NCBI GenBank assembly: GCA_963844875.1
Contig: CAWJPZ010000005.1
Location: 24,681 to 88,680 of the forward strand
Origin: an uncultured Acidobacteriota bacterium
Lineage (GTDB): Bacteria > Acidobacteriota > Vicinamibacteria > Vicinamibacterales > Fen-181
DNA: 64,000 nucleotides
Direction: 5' to 3'
Positions 59,423 to 64,000 of this stretch are shown in pieces. A program made the translations under genes and the position numbers. The first letter of the stretch is position 1. Each line of letters starts with the position of its first letter. The notes beneath the pieces were generated by a model that did not search any database, was not told the origin of the DNA, and saw nothing but the letters and a program-made list of their open reading frames with translations.

Positions 59423-62405
59423 ATGCGTAGAGGCCTATTCTGGAGCCTGGTGCTGGTCCTGGCTCTCGCGGCCACAACCGCGTTTGCACAAGGCAACCCC
59501 ACGGGCGCAATTTCCGGCCAGGTCACGGACCCCGACGGTCTGGCCCTACCCGGCGTCGTCGTCACGGCGAGTTCCCCCGTCCTGCAGGGCGCTCGCAGCG
59601 TCACCACGTCAGCCAACGGCGACTACATCGTCCCGTTCCTCGCACCCGGCGACTACACCGTCACGTTCGAGCTGTCGGGATTCGCCACCTACAAGCAGAC
59701 CGTCCGCGTGGAGATGGCCGCGACGATCCCGCTGAAGGTCAAGATGACGCTGGCGTCGGTCAGCGAAACGGTGAACGTGACGGCAGCGGTCACCGAGATC
59801 GCCCAGACCGCCACGGTGGCCAGCACGTTCTCGTCGTCGACGATCGAGACGCTGCCGGTCGGCCGCACCGTGAACTCCTACACGCTGCTCGCGCCCGGCG
59901 TCAACGACAACGGCCCCTCGTCGGCCGTCATGATGTCCGGCGCCATGTCGTACGAGAACCTGAACATGGTCAACGGCGTCGTCGTGAACGAGAACCTCCG
60001 AGGCACGACGCGCAACCTGTTCATCGAGGACGCCATCCAGGAATCGAAGGTCTCGACGGGCAGCATCTCGGCCGAGTACGGCCGCTTCGGCGGCGGCGTC
60101 GTCAACACGATCACGAAGTCGGGCGGCAACATGTTCAGCGGGTCGTTCCGGCTGTCGCTGAACAACGACGGGTGGAAGGCCCTGACGCCGTTCGCGGGTG
60201 ACAAGAACATCGACAAGACGATCCCGACCTACGAGGTGACGGTCGGCGGGCCGATCTGGAAGGACCGGCTCTGGTTCTTCGGCGCGGGGCGCTACGAGAA
60301 CCAGGAAGTCAACATGACGGCCGAGTACACGGCCTACAACTACGTCCAGGGGGACAAGGAATACCGCTACGAGGGCAAGGGGACCTTCGCGGTCAACTCC
60401 AAGAACACCGCGAAGGTTTCCTACATCAAGCGGCGGCTCGACACCACCAACAACCACTACACCGCGGCGTCGGCGGTGATGGACCAGCGCAGCCTCTACA
60501 ACAACGCGCAGGACGAGAACCTGCTCTCGGCGAACTACACCGGGATCATCACCAGCAACTTCTTCATCGAGGGCCAGTACTCGCAGCGCAACCTCTCGAT
60601 GATCGGGACCGGGTCCCAGTACCAGGCGAACTACAGCGACCTGAGCTCGTTCGGCAACAGCACGCCGATCTGGGACCGGTCGCGCGGTCAGGCGCGATTC
60701 AACTCGCCGACGTTCTGCGCGGTCTGCGGCTCGGGGCTCGAAGAGCGCGACAACTGGGACGGGTTCGTCAAGGCGAACTACTTCCTCTCGACCAAGCGGT
60801 TCGGGTCGCACAGCTTCGTCGGCGGCTTCGACCTCTACAAGGAGATGCGGAAGAACGACAACTACCAGTCGGGCAGTTCGTTCCGCATGCAGTCCACCGG
60901 CGCGGTCATCCAGGGCGCCGGAACGGCGAACCCGTCGATCTACCCGATCCTGAAGAACGACAACACCACCTACATCGAGTTCCTGCCGCTGGTCGGCCCG
61001 AGCCTGGGCAACGACATCCGCACCTACTCGGGCTTCGTGAATGACATCTGGCGCATGAACAGCCAGCTGACGCTCAACCTCGGGCTGCGCTTCGACAAGA
61101 ACACCTCCAAGGACCAGGGCGGCAACTCGGTGGTCAGGGACCAGGCTTTCAGCCCGCGCGTCGGCGCCACCTGGGACATCGGCGGCAAGGGCGTGTGGAA
61201 GGCGAACGCGGGCTTCGCGCGCTACGTGATGGGCATCAGCACGGCGATCGTGGACGCCGGCTCCACCGGCGGCCGCACGGCGACCTTCAGCTACTTCTAC
61301 AAGGGACCGAACTTCAACACGGCAGCGACCGGTCCCTACCTGACGGCCGACGAGATCCTGCCGCAGGTGTTCAACTGGTTCTTCGCGGCCAACGGCCGGC
61401 AGGACGGCTACCCGGGCAAGCTGACCACGCGCACGACGCCGAGCATGCCGGGCGTGACGACGACGGTGGGCACCGGCCTGAAGGCGCCGAACAACGACGA
61501 GTTCACGGTCGGCCTGGCGCGGCAGATCGGGCAGAAGGGGACCGTGCGCGTCGACTACCTCTACCGCAAGTACAACGACTTCTACGGCGACTTCCGCGAC
61601 ATGACCACCGGCAAGGTCTACGAGCCGGTGTCGGCGAAGTACTACGACCTGCTCGTCGTGCGGAACACCGACACGGTGGAGCGCGGCTACAAGGGGCTGA
61701 CCGTGATGGCGAGCTACCGCCAGAACACGAAGCTGAACTTCGGCGGCAACTACACGCTCGCGTGGAACAAGGGCAGCTTCGAGGGTGAAACGGCGACGGA
61801 CGGCCCAGTTCGGGCGAGCGCCAACGACATGCCGGAGTACCGGGCGGCCGCGTGGAACTACCCGGTCGGCTACCTGAACGGCGACCAGCGGCACAAGATC
61901 CGGATGTGGGCCACCTACGGGCTGCCGGTGTCGCCGAAGCTCGGCAACATGGACGTCAGCTTGATGCAGCGGATCGATTCGGGGCGCGGCTACGACCTCA
62001 ACGCGACCCTCGATTCGCGTCCGTACGTGACGAACCCCGGTTACATCACGCCGACTTCCAGCGTGACCTACTACTTCAGCGAGCGCGGCGGCTTGACGCG
62101 CGACACGGTCTACCGGACCGACCTGTCGTTCAACTGGGAGGCCAGGATGCCGAAGGCCCAGAGGGCGCGGCTGTTCTTCCGGTTCATCCTGAACAACGCG
62201 TTCAACTCGAGCACGATCGTCGGCTTCAACACGACGGTGCAGGCCAGGGCGCAGAACTCGGCGCTACGCCGCCTTCAACCCGTTCACCACCACGCCGGTC
62301 CAGGGCGTGAACTGGGACTACGGCCCGGAGTACGGGAAGCCCGCCGACCCGACCGACTACCAGACGCCGCGAAACTTCAACTTCTCGTTCGGCTTCCGCT
62401 TCTAA
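59423..62405 (+). pseudogene. TonB-dependent receptor with an N-terminal carboxypeptidase-regulatory-like domain (Oar-like); one frameshift near the 3' end
   Basis: It has a signal peptide, a GAISGQVTDPDGLALPGVVVTA CarboxypepD_reg fold and a plug region. The shift near 62250-62256 restores ...YAAFNPFTTTPVQGVNWDYGPEYGKPADPTDYQTPRNFNFSFGFRF*, with the terminal Phe typical of OM barrels. Confidence 0.8.
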
Positions 62406-62412
62406 CAGCCTG

Positions 62413-62440
62413 GCGGGGCGGCTCCCCGGGGCCGCCCCGC
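62413..62440 (+). terminator. GC-rich stem-loop after the receptor gene
   Basis: GCGGGGCGGC-tccccggg-GCCGCCCCGC is a perfect 10-bp stem, 8 nt after the stop. There is no U-tract. Confidence 0.5.
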
Positions 62441-62446
62441 ACACTC

Positions 62447-63009
62447 ATGTCCATCCGCTCCCTGCTCGCCGGTTTCGTCCTCGCCGCGGCCTTGACGTGC
62501 GGTGGCACGGCCCACGCCAGCGGGTTCCAGGCCGAGCGCCCGCTCGCCATCACCTCGTGCGGGCAGAGCCCCGACGCGACCACGCTCAGCCTCCTCGCCA
62601 AGCGGCTCCGGCTCGATCACCGCTTCGAGAACACTGCTGCCGCCGGAGCGGATCGGTGACGTGAAGACGCTCGTCCTGGTGATCGGAGGAAGCCTGAAGG
62701 GGCTGGCCGAGGCCGGCACCAACGAGGAGCGCGAGTCGGCTCGCGTCTCGGCCCTGCTCGACAAGGCCCGCCGCCAGGGCACGAAGGTGATCGGCATCCA
62801 CATGGGCGGCGAGTCCAGGCGCGGGGCGCTCTCCGATCGGTTCATCGACCTCGTCGTCGTCACAGGCCGACTACCTGATTGCCACCGATGCCGGCAACAG
62901 GGACGGCGTCTTCACGAAGGGCGCGAAGTCGCGCGGTGTCCCCGTGATCCTCGTCTCGCAGCCTGCCGAGGTCGCCCGGGAACTCCGGGCCGTGTTCCCC
63001 GAACGGTAG
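62447..63009 (+). pseudogene. Secreted hypothetical protein; two frameshifts
   Basis: It has the signal peptide MSIRSLLAGFVLAAALTCGGTAHA, then ITSCGQSPDATTLS..., VKTLVLVIGGSLKGL... and ...DYLIATDAGNRDGVFTKGAKSRGVPVILVS. Shifts lie near 62635 and 62865. Confidence 0.5.
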
Positions 63010-63023
63010 CGCGCGACTGCGGG

Positions 63024-63029
63024 TATACT
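63024..63029 (+). promoter_or_regulatory. Candidate -10 box TATACT, 8 nt before ATG 63038 (possible leaderless)
   Basis: gggTATACTccccgttgATG, with no Shine-Dalgarno sequence. Confidence 0.3.
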
Positions 63030-63037
63030 CCCCGTTG

Positions 63038-64000
63038 ATGAATCTGCCGCACGCGCGCCGCGACCGGTGGGATGTCCTCGGGCGTCGGCGCCAACTCCAT
63101 CGACTACGTCACCGTCGTTCCCGCGTTTCCCCGGCCCGAGGGGTGGTATTCCAAGATGCAGATCCGCCAGCACCTCGTGACGTGCGGCGGACAAACGGCC
63201 ACCGCCATGGCGGTCTGCGCGCGTTTCGGCCTGCGGGCGCGCTACATCGGCGCGGTCGGCGCGGACGAAAACGGGCAGCGCGTGCTGGCCGACCTTCCGC
63301 GGCACGCGGTCGACTCGTCGGCCGTGGTGACGCGCGAGGGCCGGAACCAGTTCGCGGTCATCGTCATCGACGCGCAGACAGGCGAGCGGGCCGTGCTCTG
63401 GGACCGCGACCCGACGCTGGCGCTCCGCGACGAGGACGTGCCGCTGGACACCATCGCGGCGGCGCGCGTGCTGCACGTCGACGACGTGGACCAGGGCGCC
63501 GCGATCCGGGCCGCGCGGCACGCCCGGAGCCTGGGCATCCCGGTCACGAGCGACCTCGATAGGATGACGGAACAGACCGCCGAACTCGTCGACGCGGTGA
63601 CCTTTCCGATTTTCGCCGACGGGCTGCACGAGAAGCTGACCGGCTGCGCCGACCGCGAGGAGGCGCTGCGACGCCTGCGCCGGCCGCACCACCAGGCGCT
63701 GTGCATCACCGTCGGCCAGCACGGGGCGGTGGCGCTGGCGGCGTGACCGGTTCATCGAATCACCCGGCTTCAAGGTGGACGCGGTGGACACGACGGGTTC
63801 GGGCGACGTCTTCCGGGGCGCCTTCATCTACGCGTTGCTGCAGGACTGGGACATCGACCGCACGCTCCGGTTCGCCAACGCCGCGGCCGCGCTCGCGTGC
63901 ACCGCGCCTCGGCGCGATGGCGGGGATCCCGGCGCTCGACGCCTCGCTTGCCCTCGCGGGATTCGCCGGCTCGAAGGCCTCGGCGCCGCCCGGGTCATGA
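63038..64000 (+). pseudogene. PfkB-family carbohydrate kinase (ribokinase-like); at least 3 frameshifts
   Basis: It has DVLG|VGANSIDYV, CGGQTATAMA and the DTTGSGDVFRGAFIYAL anion-hole/ATP motif. Shifts lie near 63083, 63745 and 63907. The stop is at 63998-64000. Confidence 0.75.

Overview
This is a high-GC bacterial chromosomal segment, roughly two-thirds G+C by eye. I find about 50 protein-coding genes and no rRNA, tRNA, CRISPR array, transposase or integrase. Several gene types suggest a soil Acidobacteriota-like organism, though this is inference only: an Oar-like TonB-dependent receptor, a VWFA-related secreted protein, BNR/sortilin and tricorn-like giant proteins, and many peptidases.

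Gene blocks, left to right:
- etfBA.
- An M64 metallopeptidase.
- A DmsABC-like molybdoenzyme whose catalytic subunit has no Tat signal.
- A ferredoxin, a rhomboid protease, an SDR-type threonine-dehydrogenase-like enzyme and a quinone oxidoreductase.
- An O-methyltransferase, a small protein ending in Cys-Cys, and an ArsA/Get3-like ATPase.
- argR-argG-argH, with a palindromic operator that recurs in front of a small Cys-rich ORF.
- An MFS transporter, a VWA protein and a helical-repeat protein.
- A 16.5-kb block of minus-strand genes: an outer-membrane protein, an FKBP-IPT lipoprotein, two Tat-signal DUF362 proteins flanking a NapH/NapG-like membrane polyferredoxin, a secreted hypothetical protein, and an 11-gene Mbh/complex-I-like group-4 [NiFe] hydrogenase operon ending in a HycI-type protease.
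- A MATE exporter, tandem M28 peptidases, a tricorn-like S41 peptidase, LysE and DAACS transporters, a BNR-repeat giant protein and an SGNH hydrolase.
- An acyl-CoA synthetase, a topoisomerase IV/gyrase A-type subunit, a TAXI binding protein coupled to a histidine kinase and OmpR regulator, the TonB-dependent receptor, a secreted hypothetical protein and a PfkB kinase.

Two features are not explained by ordinary annotation:
- At least 11 intergenic loci carry strictly 7-nt-periodic repeat arrays. There are two sequence families, often arranged as imperfect inverted arms.
- At least 40 single-nucleotide frameshifts occur, and they are very unevenly distributed. They are dense at 25.0-34.9 kb and 62.2-64.0 kb and absent from 35-52.8 kb.

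All coordinates and frameshift positions come from manual reading and are approximate to a few nucleotides.
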